Source: a virus. Taken from it: a DNA stretch of 64,000 nt. Below, piece after piece: positions 50,096 through 59,355 of this stretch (the stretch's first letter is position 1; every line of letters begins with the position of its first letter). A model generated the notes under the pieces. That model searched no databases, was not told where the DNA came from, and worked only from the letters and a program-made list of their open reading frames with translations. The DNA lies in IMG/VR virus record IMGVR_UViG_3300020190_000010, positions 32,001 through 96,000 of that record. One strand, written 5' to 3'. A program made the position numbers and the translations under genes.

Positions 50096-51675
50096 GTAAG
50101 AATCTAAAAGATATTATCAAAGAAGAATACGCAAAGTGTGCCGCTAATCCGGTATACTTTATGAAGCGTTATGCTAAAATTCAACATCCAACCCGTGGCA
50201 AGATATTATTCGACCTATATCCATTTCAGGAAGATGTCCTCAAAGAATTTAACACTAACCGGTGGAACATTGTATTAAAGTCTCGTCAGTTAGGTATATC
50301 CACAGTTATTGCTGGATATTCACTTTGGTTGATGTTATTCAATCAAGATAAAAACATTCTTGTTATTGCTACAAAACAAGAAACTGCTAAAAACTTGGTT
50401 ACAAAAGTTCGTGTTATGTATGATAATATGCCAAGTTGGTTAAAGACTGGTGTTCAAGAAGATAATAAACTTTCACTCCGATTTAAGAACGGTTCACAAA
50501 TTAAAGCCGTTTCTGCTGCAGCTGACTCTGCTCGTTCTGAAGCACTTTCACTTCTTATCATAGACGAGGCCGCCTTTATTGATGATATAGATAGAATATG
50601 GGCATCTGCACAACAAACACTTGCAACCGGTGGTACTGCAATAATCAACTCTACTCCAAATGGTGTTGGTAATTTTTATCATAAACAATGGGTAAATGCA
50701 ATAAACAAAGAAAGTGCATTTAATCCAATAGAATTATTATGGCAAGTTCATCCAGACCGTGACCAAAAATGGCGCGATGAACAAGACAAACTATTGGGTC
50801 CTAATATGGCAAAACAAGAGTGTGATGGAAATTTTCTTACATCTGGTCGTTCCGTAATTGATGGTGAACTTGTCCAATGGTATGAACAAACTTATGTGTG
50901 TGAACCAAAAGAACGGCGTGGTGCAGAGGATGCTTATTGGATTTGGGATTATCCAGAACCAAATAAAACATATATGGTTATTGCTGACGTTGCTCGTGGT
51001 GACGGAAATGATAATTCAGCATTCCATGTGATTGATGTAGAAAATATGGAACAAGTTGCAGAATACAAAGGTAAACTCGATACAAAAACTTATGGTAATA
51101 TGTTAGTATCAGTTGCAACAGAATATAACGATGCTCTTCTTGTAGTTGAAAATGCTAACATTGGGTGGGCAGCAATTCAACAGATTATTGATAGAGGTTA
51201 TCCAAATCTTTATTATACATACCGTGAAGATGGGTATACTGATCCATCCGTTCATATTCCAAAGGGTTATGACTTAAAAGACAAGGCACAAATGATTCCT
51301 GGATTTACTACAAGTGCTAAAACAAGACCACTTTTGATTTCAAAATTGGAAACATATTTTCGTGAAAGATTACCAATAATAAAGTCTTCAAGATTAACAC
51401 AAGAACTATATGTGTTTGTTTGGAATGGTGCAAAGGCAGAGGCACAAACAGGATATAATGATGACTTGGTTATGTCATTTGCAATAGGACTTTGGGTTAG
51501 AGATACTGCTCTAAAACTTCGTCAAGAAGGACTGATGAAGACACGAATGAGTTTGGATTATATGGGGAAATCAACAACACCACTAAAACCTTCATATCAA
51601 TATGGAGATGACCTACATGGTTGGAATATGACAGTCAATGGTCAAAATGAAGACCTTACTTGGTTAATAAAATAG
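50092..51675 (+). CDS. terL: Terminase large subunit (T4 gp17-like)
   Basis: LYPFQ, Walker A KSRQLGIST, Walker B LLIIDEAAF, STPNG, nuclease ADVARG and DDLVMS motifs; ATG at 50092. Confidence 0.95.
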   Translation: MSKNLKDIIKEEYAKCAANPVYFMKRYAKIQHPTRGKILFDLYPFQEDVLKEFNTNRWNIVLKSRQLGISTVIAGYSLWLMLFNQDKNILVIATKQETAKNLVTKVRVMYDNMPSWLKTGVQEDNKLSLRFKNGSQIKAVSAAADSARSEALSLLIIDEAAFIDDIDRIWASAQQTLATGGTAIINSTPNGVGNFYHKQWVNAINKESAFNPIELLWQVHPDRDQKWRDEQDKLLGPNMAKQECDGNFLTSGRSVIDGELVQWYEQTYVCEPKERRGAEDAYWIWDYPEPNKTYMVIADVARGDGNDNSAFHVIDVENMEQVAEYKGKLDTKTYGNMLVSVATEYNDALLVVENANIGWAAIQQIIDRGYPNLYYTYREDGYTDPSVHIPKGYDLKDKAQMIPGFTTSAKTRPLLISKLETYFRERLPIIKSSRLTQELYVFVWNGAKAEAQTGYNDDLVMSFAIGLWVRDTALKLRQEGLMKTRMSLDYMGKSTTPLKPSYQYGDDLHGWNMTVNGQNEDLTWLIK

Positions 51676-51694
51676 AGTTTGTATTTTTTCCTAC

Positions 51695-51702
51695 ATATTT
51701 AT
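51695..51702 (+). promoter_or_regulatory. Candidate late promoter ATATTTAT
   Basis: Exact motif upstream of the portal gene. Confidence 0.65.
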
Positions 51703-51734
51703 ATTAAGTTTATATTACATAAAATAGGTGACAA

Positions 51735-53600
51735 ATGGCACAAAATAAATCATTGTTTGATAGACTAAAAACACTTTTTTCTACTAATGTTGTTGTTCGT
51801 AATGTTGGTGGTAAAAAATTAAAAGTTGTTGATACTGCTCGCTATCAAGGTGATGGAAACCCACACACATCAAAAGTTATTGATAGATATGGCAGATTAC
51901 ATGGAACAAAGGGAACACCAATATCAGTATACAATCAATACAATTCATTCGCAGCAACAAAAATAGATCTTTATACTGATTATGAATCAATGGACACAGA
52001 TGCCATAATATCATCTGCACTTGACATATATGCAGATGAAAGCACACTCAAAAATAATCAAGGTGATGTTTTAACTATCAAAACTGACAATGACAATATA
52101 CGTAAAATTCTTCGTAATCTTTTTTATGATGTTCTTAATATAGAATATAATCTTTGGCCATGGATTCGTAATCTTTGTAAATACGGTGATTTTTATTTGT
52201 ATATGGATGTAAAGGAAGAATTGGGTGTTACAAATGTTGTTCCGTTTTCACCATATGAAGTTCAAAGAGAAGAAGGAACTGATCCGGAACATATCTATAT
52301 GACAAAATTTGTATACGAAGGTCCTCTTGGTAGAGGTGAATTTCAAAATTATGAAATGGCACATTTTAGATTATTAGGTGATACTAATTATCTTCCTTAT
52401 GGTAAATCAATTTTAGAAGGTGCTCGTAAACTTTACAAACAACTAGTTTTAATGGAAGATGCGATGTTGATACATCGTATTATGCGTGCTCCTGAAAAAC
52501 GTATTTTCAAAGTTGATATTGGTAATATACCACCGGCTGAAGTAGACCAATACATGAATAACCTTATGAATAGAATGAAGAAGACTCCCGTTATCAATGA
52601 ACAGACTGGTGACTACAATCTCCGTTTTAATATGCAAAATCTTTTGGAAGACTTTTATCTTCCTGTTCGTGGTGGACAATCTGGTACACAAATTGAAACA
52701 CTTGCAGGTTTACAATATCAAGCAATTGAAGATATTGAATATCTTAAAAGTAAAATATTTGCTGCCCTAAAAGTTCCAAAACCGTATTTGGGCTATGATG
52801 AAAGTATAGAAGGAAAGGCAACACTTGCCGCTCTTGATATTCGTTTTGCTAGAACAATAGAAAGAGTACAGAGAATTGTGATTTCTGAATTGACAAAGAT
52901 TGCTATTGTTCATCTATATTCACAGGGATATGAAAATGCAGATTTGGTAAACTTTGAATTGGGATTAACAGGACCTTCTATCATATATGAACAAGAAAAA
53001 GTTGCTCTTATGAAAGAAAAAGTGGACTTGGCGGGAACACTGATAGAAAAGAAACTATTTTCATTGAAATATATTTATTCAAACATATTTAACCTTTCAG
53101 AAGACGAAGCAGAATTTGAAAAGAATGAAGTTCTTGAAGATATTAAACATATGTTCCGTCAAAAACAAATTGAAAATGAAGGAAATGATCCAGCAGTAAC
53201 AAAGGAGTCATTTGGAACACCACATGATATTGCAAGTATGCAAATTCGTGGTGGTAGTAAAATGATAACCGATAATGAAGTTCCAGAAGGTGGTTGGCCT
53301 GGAGCTGGTAGACCTGCTAAGAATTTAAGTTATGGAACAGATAACAGTCCATTTGGCAGGGATCCAATCGGAAAGAAAGATATTGGTAATACATTGAAGG
53401 TTAATAATTCACCAAAAGTAAATTACAAAGGAAATTCACCGTTATCACTTGAAAACCGTGATATAGGTAAATTGATAGATAGTATGTCCGGTATAAAGAT
53501 TAAAACAAAAAAAATAATATCGGAAAGTCTTAAACCGACTATTAAACACGAAAATGAATCAAATTTGTTGAATGAGAACAATTTATTAGATGAATTGTAA
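51735..53600 (+). CDS. Portal protein (T4 gp20-like)
   Basis: LMEDAMLIHRIMRAPEKRIFKVDIGNIP, EDFYLPVRGG, IETLAG, IEDIEY. Confidence 0.95.
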   Translation: MAQNKSLFDRLKTLFSTNVVVRNVGGKKLKVVDTARYQGDGNPHTSKVIDRYGRLHGTKGTPISVYNQYNSFAATKIDLYTDYESMDTDAIISSALDIYADESTLKNNQGDVLTIKTDNDNIRKILRNLFYDVLNIEYNLWPWIRNLCKYGDFYLYMDVKEELGVTNVVPFSPYEVQREEGTDPEHIYMTKFVYEGPLGRGEFQNYEMAHFRLLGDTNYLPYGKSILEGARKLYKQLVLMEDAMLIHRIMRAPEKRIFKVDIGNIPPAEVDQYMNNLMNRMKKTPVINEQTGDYNLRFNMQNLLEDFYLPVRGGQSGTQIETLAGLQYQAIEDIEYLKSKIFAALKVPKPYLGYDESIEGKATLAALDIRFARTIERVQRIVISELTKIAIVHLYSQGYENADLVNFELGLTGPSIIYEQEKVALMKEKVDLAGTLIEKKLFSLKYIYSNIFNLSEDEAEFEKNEVLEDIKHMFRQKQIENEGNDPAVTKESFGTPHDIASMQIRGGSKMITDNEVPEGGWPGAGRPAKNLSYGTDNSPFGRDPIGKKDIGNTLKVNNSPKVNYKGNSPLSLENRDIGKLIDSMSGIKIKTKKIISESLKPTIKHENESNLLNENNLLDEL

Positions 53601-53608
53601 AATTGCCT

Positions 53609-53616
53609 ATATTTAT
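53609..53616 (+). promoter_or_regulatory. Candidate late promoter ATATTTAT
   Basis: Exact motif in the intergenic gap. Confidence 0.65.
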
Positions 53617-53651
53617 TCTATGAAAGTGCACATAAACAGGTATAAGGAACA

Positions 53652-54494
53652 ATGAAGAAAATTAAACATTCTAAATTCAAAAATACTGCAATGCTGTTTG
53701 AGTTATTGACTCGTCAAATAACATCAGACATCATTTCCTCCAACGAATCTGTTGCCATTCAGATTCTCAAAAAATTCTTTAATAAGAACACAGAACTTAT
53801 TAAAGAATATAAATTGTATAAAACCCTTTGTGATGAAAAATTAAAGTCAGACACAAAGGCAAATATGTTAATAGAGGCAGTATTGAAAGCAAGACGTGGA
53901 TTAAACAAACATAAATTACAGAACGAAAAGTATGAATTGATAAAATCAATCAAAGAAAACTTTGATATTGATACATTTTTTCAAACAAAAGTTCAAAATT
54001 ACAAACTTCTTGCTTCCGTATACAAAGTTTTTGAATATAATGAATTGGATAATCCAGTTGAAATTACAAAGTCTCGTATAACCATACTTGAAAGTATAAC
54101 ATCAAAACAAAATACATCCGTAATAACCGAAGATGTTGCTATTGCACAGGAACCAAAAGAAGTTCGTTTGATGGCTTACAAGTATCTTGTTGAAAAATTT
54201 AATGCAAAATATAGTAATTTAACGGAATCACAAAAGGTATTATTACGAGAATACATAGAAAATGTTAGTAATACAAATAACTTAAAGTCTCTTGTTCAAA
54301 CAGAAGCGGTAACTATAAAAAGATTGTTTACAAAAAATATGCATAGGGTAAAAGACAAATCTCTAAAAATAAAATTACAAGAAGTTGCAGGACTTTTGGA
54401 TGAATATGAAACGATAAAGAAAGTAGAAGAAAATCATATCTCTGCTCTACTTCGTTATTACAGTTTAATAGACGATTTATCATGGAGTAAATAA
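53652..54494 (+). CDS. Head-module helical protein (possible prohead core)
   Basis: Between portal and protease; KHSKFKNT..LFELL; AAGGA SD. Confidence 0.6.
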   Translation: MKKIKHSKFKNTAMLFELLTRQITSDIISSNESVAIQILKKFFNKNTELIKEYKLYKTLCDEKLKSDTKANMLIEAVLKARRGLNKHKLQNEKYELIKSIKENFDIDTFFQTKVQNYKLLASVYKVFEYNELDNPVEITKSRITILESITSKQNTSVITEDVAIAQEPKEVRLMAYKYLVEKFNAKYSNLTESQKVLLREYIENVSNTNNLKSLVQTEAVTIKRLFTKNMHRVKDKSLKIKLQEVAGLLDEYETIKKVEENHISALLRYYSLIDDLSWSK

Positions 54495-54814
54495 TGGCAG
54501 TTAATCAAATACACCCATATAATTTTCCTGCTTCACAGGCAAGTGAATTTGAAAGAAAGGGGCATCCTGGAAAATTCTTTCAATCAATAACTTGTGAAAC
54601 CGGAACTACAACTTTTACTTCCTCTAATTTTGGTGCAGGTGGTATAATTGTACCAAATGGAACTACGGGAACTGCATCATTGTCTTTAGGTGGGACCATT
54701 CCACTTTCTGCTATGGCCAGCACTGCTGCAGTTATACACGAATTATCATTACAGAGTGTAACGGTGGATAGTGGAACCGTATATGTTTTAATTCGTAATC
54801 AAATGATTAGGTAA
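54494..54814 (+). CDS. Small beta-rich hypothetical protein
   Basis: 106 aa; GGAG SD; S/T/G-rich. Confidence 0.6.
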   Translation: MAVNQIHPYNFPASQASEFERKGHPGKFFQSITCETGTTTFTSSNFGAGGIIVPNGTTGTASLSLGGTIPLSAMASTAAVIHELSLQSVTVDSGTVYVLIRNQMIR

Positions 54815-54817
54815 TAT

Positions 54818-55321
54818 ATGAATGTAGAGTCTTTCATAAAAAAATTAAAAGAATCAGAAGAATACCGTCAGTTTGCAGAAGAATTATCATTAGATGAAAT
54901 GAGCACAACTGCTGGTGTTCCCGGATACCAAACGCCAAATGCTTTTGCTAAGAGTGAAGAAGATTTTGAAGAACACAACAAAGAAACTGCAGAAGTTTAT
55001 GGATATAAACTTGTTCCTAAAACAAAAAAGAAAAATTATGAATCAACCTACAAACAGGCAATGGGTTTAATTTCGGAAGGAACATATAAAGATTTTAGAA
55101 CGGATGAAACAAGAAGTTCAAACAGAAAAATAAATGATTCAATTAAGAATATAAATAGAACAATCTACGAAGTAGAAAGAGTTGTTGAACATGCATTGAG
55201 ATTAAAAACAGAAATGAATGTTGATCAAAGAACTCTTTGGGGTGAATCAATGACTAGATTGAGAAAAATATCCGAAAGAATAAATAGAATTACAAAAAAG
55301 ATTAACGAATTAGGTGCATAA
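54818..55321 (+). CDS. Head-module hypothetical protein
   Basis: LDEMSTTAGVPGYQTPNAF followed by a coiled coil. Confidence 0.6.
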   Translation: MNVESFIKKLKESEEYRQFAEELSLDEMSTTAGVPGYQTPNAFAKSEEDFEEHNKETAEVYGYKLVPKTKKKNYESTYKQAMGLISEGTYKDFRTDETRSSNRKINDSIKNINRTIYEVERVVEHALRLKTEMNVDQRTLWGESMTRLRKISERINRITKKINELGA

Positions 55322-55323
55322 AA

Positions 55324-55995
55324 ATGAAAGAACTACTCGTAGACACCATACTTTTTAATGTAAATCCAAAAATGATTACCGAATCTGAAAAGAAAAATGA
55401 CGGTAAAGTTATAGTTTCGGGTGTTTTACAAAGAGCTGAAGTAAAAAATCAAAATGGTAGAGTATATCCTAAAAAGATTTTAATGCGTGAAGTTAAGAAG
55501 TATACCGAAAATCAAATAAAAGAAAATCGTGCGCTCGGTGAACTTGATCATCCAGATTCATCGGTTATCAATCTTCGTAATGTTTCACATAATGTTCTCG
55601 GTGTAGATTGGAAAGGTAATGATGTAGTTGGAACAGTTGAGATACTACCAACACCATCCGGAAATATCCTAAAACAACTTCTTGATGCGGGTATTCGTCT
55701 TGGAATATCATCAAGAGGTTTAGGTTCTGTTGAAGAAATAAGTGAAAGCACAGTTGAAGTTCAAGATGATTTTGAATTGATTGGTTGGGATTTTGTTTCA
55801 AACCCATCAACTCATGGTGCATTTATGTATCCACAAGGAATGAAAGAAGGTTTACATGAAGAATTGATTACAGAAGGTATATCAACTTCAACAATTGCAA
55901 AAATAGATCCTAAAATAAATCGCATCCACAATAATATAACAAACATTATTTGTGAAATTGGTAATGTTTGTGAATGTATATTTGATGGAAGATAA
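55324..55995 (+). CDS. Prohead protease (T4 gp21-like)
   Basis: NQNGRVYP, ALGELDHP, GISSRGLGS, DFVSNPS. Confidence 0.95.
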   Translation: MKELLVDTILFNVNPKMITESEKKNDGKVIVSGVLQRAEVKNQNGRVYPKKILMREVKKYTENQIKENRALGELDHPDSSVINLRNVSHNVLGVDWKGNDVVGTVEILPTPSGNILKQLLDAGIRLGISSRGLGSVEEISESTVEVQDDFELIGWDFVSNPSTHGAFMYPQGMKEGLHEELITEGISTSTIAKIDPKINRIHNNITNIICEIGNVCECIFDGR

Positions 55996-55997
55996 CG

Positions 55998-56594
55998 ATG
56001 CCGGCATTATCACAACAGCAACAGAAGTTAATGGGACTTGCACTCTCTTACAAAAGAGGTAAAGTTGCTTCAAGTGATGTTAGTAAATCTGTAAAGGATT
56101 TGGCGTCATCAATGTCTGAAAAAGAATTAGAAAAATATGCTAGAACATCACATAAAGGTCTTCCTAAAAAAGTTGGTGAAACAAAAACATCAATGACAAG
56201 AGAAGAAATAAATAAACTTGTTTCGGATGCTGTTCAAGAAGTAATGAACGAAAAATTTAGTACAAAAGTTCTTACATCTGAACAAAAACAACAATATATT
56301 GAGGCAATTTCAAAATACAATCAATACAGAGAGGTAGTTCATCGTTCAAAGGCACTACCAGAAATAGTTTCTGAAATAAAAAGACTTGTTGAATTTGCAA
56401 GTAAAAACATGGTTGAGGAGTCTGGCGATTGGTTTGAAGGTGTATCACATAGAAGAAACTCAAAAAGATTGAGAGAATCTGTAAATGAATTTCAAAAAAT
56501 ATCGGAAAAAATTGTTAAATTACAAAGAACCCTGGAGTCTATCTACGAGAACATAGGTAAACAACTCGGAACATTTTACGAAATAAAAAAATAA
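55998..56594 (+). CDS. DUF3008-like hypothetical protein
   Basis: MPALSQQQQK...KRG...SMSEKELEKYART.HKGLP, then a helical domain. Confidence 0.6.
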   Translation: MPALSQQQQKLMGLALSYKRGKVASSDVSKSVKDLASSMSEKELEKYARTSHKGLPKKVGETKTSMTREEINKLVSDAVQEVMNEKFSTKVLTSEQKQQYIEAISKYNQYREVVHRSKALPEIVSEIKRLVEFASKNMVEESGDWFEGVSHRRNSKRLRESVNEFQKISEKIVKLQRTLESIYENIGKQLGTFYEIKK

Positions 56595-56602
56595 AGGAAA
56601 AA

Positions 56603-56836
56603 ATGGTTATGTCAGACAGAGTTTATACCAGTTCAAAACCTGCTCATGTTAAAGTTAAGGCAGGTGGAATGAATGTAGATACAATGATTAAGGTATTTAA
56701 ACGTAAGGTAAAGGAAGCCGGTATTCTTGAAGAATATAAAAACCGCATGGAATATATTAAACCATCAAAAAGAAAATCTGAAAAAAGAAATGCTGCTGTA
56801 AGAAGACAGAGAAAACTCGATTCAGAAAACATTTAA
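56603..56836 (+). CDS. rpsU: Phage-encoded ribosomal protein bS21
   Basis: VDTMIKVFKRKVKEAGILEEYKNRMEYIKPSKRK...AAVRR matches the bS21 pattern; alternative start at 56609. Confidence 0.88.
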   Translation: MVMSDRVYTSSKPAHVKVKAGGMNVDTMIKVFKRKVKEAGILEEYKNRMEYIKPSKRKSEKRNAAVRRQRKLDSENI

Positions 56837-56846
56837 TGGAGATAAA

Positions 56847-58037
56847 ATGACCTTTGCTAGTATTGAAAAACTAATCCGTGACGAAACACGGAAAGTTATT
56901 GAAAACCTGGAAAGGTCTTTTTCGTTATCAGAAGAAGACGAAAAACCTGCAAGCGAAGATCCTAAAAAAATGCTTGTTGTTAATAAAGAAAGTGGAAAGT
57001 CGTATTACATAAGTAAAAAAAGTTTTGATCCAACAAAACATCAAAAATCTGCTCCAAAAGAAACTACAAAAGAAGAAGAAGAAGAAACTTCTTCAGAAGA
57101 AACATCAACTGATTCTGAAGAAGAAATTAAAACCGATGATTCAAAAAAAGAAGATTCTGCAACTTCTGATGAAGAAAAACCAAAAGGTGATGCGGGTGAT
57201 AAAGCAGAAAAAAAACCAGAACAAAAACCAAAAGAACCAAATGAAGAAAAAACTGGATTAAAAACTGTTGGTTTTTTGAATAAAGTTGATGCAGAAAAAT
57301 TAGATACCAAAACAGACAATCTATATCCAAAAACACGTGAACAACTGTTGGAATATGATTATGAAGATATAATTGATATGTATGATTTAAGATTTGATGA
57401 AGATGGGGTAAATTTTAAAAAGTTATACAAACGAGCAGAAATGATTGCAGTATCAAAGTATTCTTTAATAACACCAAAATCAATAGATAAAGAAACTCTA
57501 ATGGCATTGGGTTATTATTATTTGAATACTGAAAGAATAATTAACATATTGAGATTTGCTAAACCAAGTTTAACAAAACCTGAAATACAAAAACAATTAA
57601 AGTTAGGTAAACCAAAAGAAGGCGATAAAAGGGAAAAACAATATAAAAGTGCAATGAATGCATTTACTATTCGTGAAATGAACTATGCATTTGACGAACA
57701 ATTACAAAAATTAGAATATAATATAGTTTCATATCGTTCCGTAGAAAATGAAAAAGTATTACAAATGTTTATTGATGCAGGACAATGGGTAGATAAATCG
57801 TTTGTAACAACATCATTAAACCCTTTAATTACAGAAGGAACTGGAAAAAAGAGATTGCCATTATTTGAATTTTTAATTCCTGCTGGAACGTCTATACTAA
57901 CATTACCATGTCACTCAAATGATTATTGTCACGAAACAGAGGTAACACTTCCAAGAAATTGTAGATATACTATACAAGGATTTAACGATACCAGAAATAT
58001 TTACAAGATATTAGTGGAGCAAAACTATGGCCGATGA
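56847..58037 (+). CDS. VIP2/Alt-like ADP-ribosyltransferase
   Basis: R-S-E motifs SYRSV, FVTTSL and HETEVTLPRN; acidic linker; GGAG SD. Confidence 0.75.
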   Translation: MTFASIEKLIRDETRKVIENLERSFSLSEEDEKPASEDPKKMLVVNKESGKSYYISKKSFDPTKHQKSAPKETTKEEEEETSSEETSTDSEEEIKTDDSKKEDSATSDEEKPKGDAGDKAEKKPEQKPKEPNEEKTGLKTVGFLNKVDAEKLDTKTDNLYPKTREQLLEYDYEDIIDMYDLRFDEDGVNFKKLYKRAEMIAVSKYSLITPKSIDKETLMALGYYYLNTERIINILRFAKPSLTKPEIQKQLKLGKPKEGDKREKQYKSAMNAFTIREMNYAFDEQLQKLEYNIVSYRSVENEKVLQMFIDAGQWVDKSFVTTSLNPLITEGTGKKRLPLFEFLIPAGTSILTLPCHSNDYCHETEVTLPRNCRYTIQGFNDTRNIYKILVEQNYGR

Positions 58038-58155
58038 AAAGAAAATAGATACAAAAGACCGAAATAAGAGATACATCTATACAGAAAATGATGCAAAATC
58101 AATCTTTCAGTATGATCCTACAAAAAAACCTATCGAAAAAATAGAAAAAAAATAA
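58027..58155 (+). CDS. 42-aa ORF overlapping the ADP-ribosyltransferase stop
   Basis: MADEKKIDTKDRNKRYIYTENDAKSIFQYDPTKKPIEKIEKK; GGAG ~7 nt upstream; not in the ORF track. Confidence 0.55.
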   Translation: MADEKKIDTKDRNKRYIYTENDAKSIFQYDPTKKPIEKIEKK

Positions 58156-58163
58156 CTTTCCTT

Positions 58164-58245
58164 ATACTTATACTTACATAATACTCTATTCGTTATAGAG
58201 TCCGATATTATTTTTTATTGCAATTAGTGTTTCAAATAACACTAA
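58164..58245 (+). promoter_or_regulatory. Late promoter variant ATACTTAT followed by two leader hairpins
   Basis: ATACTTAT at 58164-58171; actctat/atagagt at 58183-58201; ttagtgtt/aacactaa at 58224-58245. Confidence 0.5.
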
Positions 58246-58263
58246 AAATAGTTGGAGATTTTT

Positions 58264-59337
58264 ATGAATGATTTATTGAAAGAAGCTATTGCAGATGCAA
58301 AAGCCGTTAAGGAAGTAGCATTAGCAAACGCTAAATTGGCATTGGAAGAAGCATTCACTCCGCGTTTGCAGTCTATGCTTTCCAAAAAGTTGGCAGAGGA
58401 GGCAGAAGCCGAAGAGCCAGTTGAGGAAGGTGAGGGTGAAGAAGAAGCACCCGTAGAAGAATACGGATTTTATAGCGAAGGTGATGATGAAGAACCTGCT
58501 ATGGAAGAAGGTGAAGGCGAAGAAGAAAAGGTTGAAGAAGCCGAAGAAGAAGAAGAAAAGGTTGAAGAAGCTGAAGGTGAAGAAGAAGAAAAAGTTGAAG
58601 AAGGTGAAGATGAAGAAGAACCAATGGATGAAGAATTGATGGAGATTATTCGTCAATTAGAAGAAGACATTGATTCATCCGAAATCGGTGGCGGTGACAA
58701 CAAGAAACCTTCCGCAGTTGCATCTGATGACAGCACAGAAGATAAGGGTGAAAAACTTGTTCAACTTGTTGAAGAAGAAGATGAAGATTCCGAAGAAGTT
58801 GCTGAAATCAAAGAAATTCTCCGTGCTCTTCGTGAAGAAGAAGAAGGTGAAAAGGCAGAAGAAAAAGTTGAAGAAGGTGAAGATGAAGAAGAAGTAGACA
58901 TCAAAGAAGTTCTCCGTGCTCTTCGTGAAGAAGAAGACGAAGAAAAAGTTGAAGAAGCTGAAGAAGAAAAGGAAAAGGAAGTGGCAGAAGCAAAACTTCG
59001 TGAAGCTTATGCTGTAATTTCTTTCTTGCGTTCTAAAATCAATGAAGTCAATCTTTTGAACTCAAAATTGCTCTTCTCTAACAAGTTATTCCGCAAGCAT
59101 TCACTCAATGAAAAACAAAAAATGACTGTTATCGAAAACTTTGATCGTGCATCAAGTCTTCGTGAAGTTAAATTGGTCTATGCTACACTTTGCGAATCGT
59201 TGAGAACAACAAAGATTAAACAAATTAAAGAATCTTTCGCGTCAAAACCAACCGCAAGTACCCGCCCATCAAAACCAATCTTGAATGAAGGTGATGATAT
59301 GGCAAATCGTTTACGTAAATTAGCAGGTTTGAAATAA
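58264..59337 (+). CDS. Prohead scaffold/core protein (T4 gp22-like position)
   Basis: Extremely Glu-rich; directly upstream of the capsid gene; ends RLRKLAGLK; GGAG at 58254 supports ATG 58264. Confidence 0.85.
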   Translation: MNDLLKEAIADAKAVKEVALANAKLALEEAFTPRLQSMLSKKLAEEAEAEEPVEEGEGEEEAPVEEYGFYSEGDDEEPAMEEGEGEEEKVEEAEEEEEKVEEAEGEEEEKVEEGEDEEEPMDEELMEIIRQLEEDIDSSEIGGGDNKKPSAVASDDSTEDKGEKLVQLVEEEDEDSEEVAEIKEILRALREEEEGEKAEEKVEEGEDEEEVDIKEVLRALREEEDEEKVEEAEEEKEKEVAEAKLREAYAVISFLRSKINEVNLLNSKLLFSNKLFRKHSLNEKQKMTVIENFDRASSLREVKLVYATLCESLRTTKIKQIKESFASKPTASTRPSKPILNEGDDMANRLRKLAGLK

Positions 59338-59355
59338 TTTTTTAAGGAAAAAACA

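Noticed and set aside
24167-51675. Stop-codon reassignment (TAG or TGA), seen in some large phages
   Set aside because: Genes are full length under code 11, and TAG/TGA fall at natural ends (Mre11-Rad50, TerL, gp6-like).
8803-51703. T4-type TATAAATA late promoters on the minus strand
   Set aside because: There are no minus-strand genes to drive and the final A is not conserved; position relative to + strand starts favours a + strand motif.
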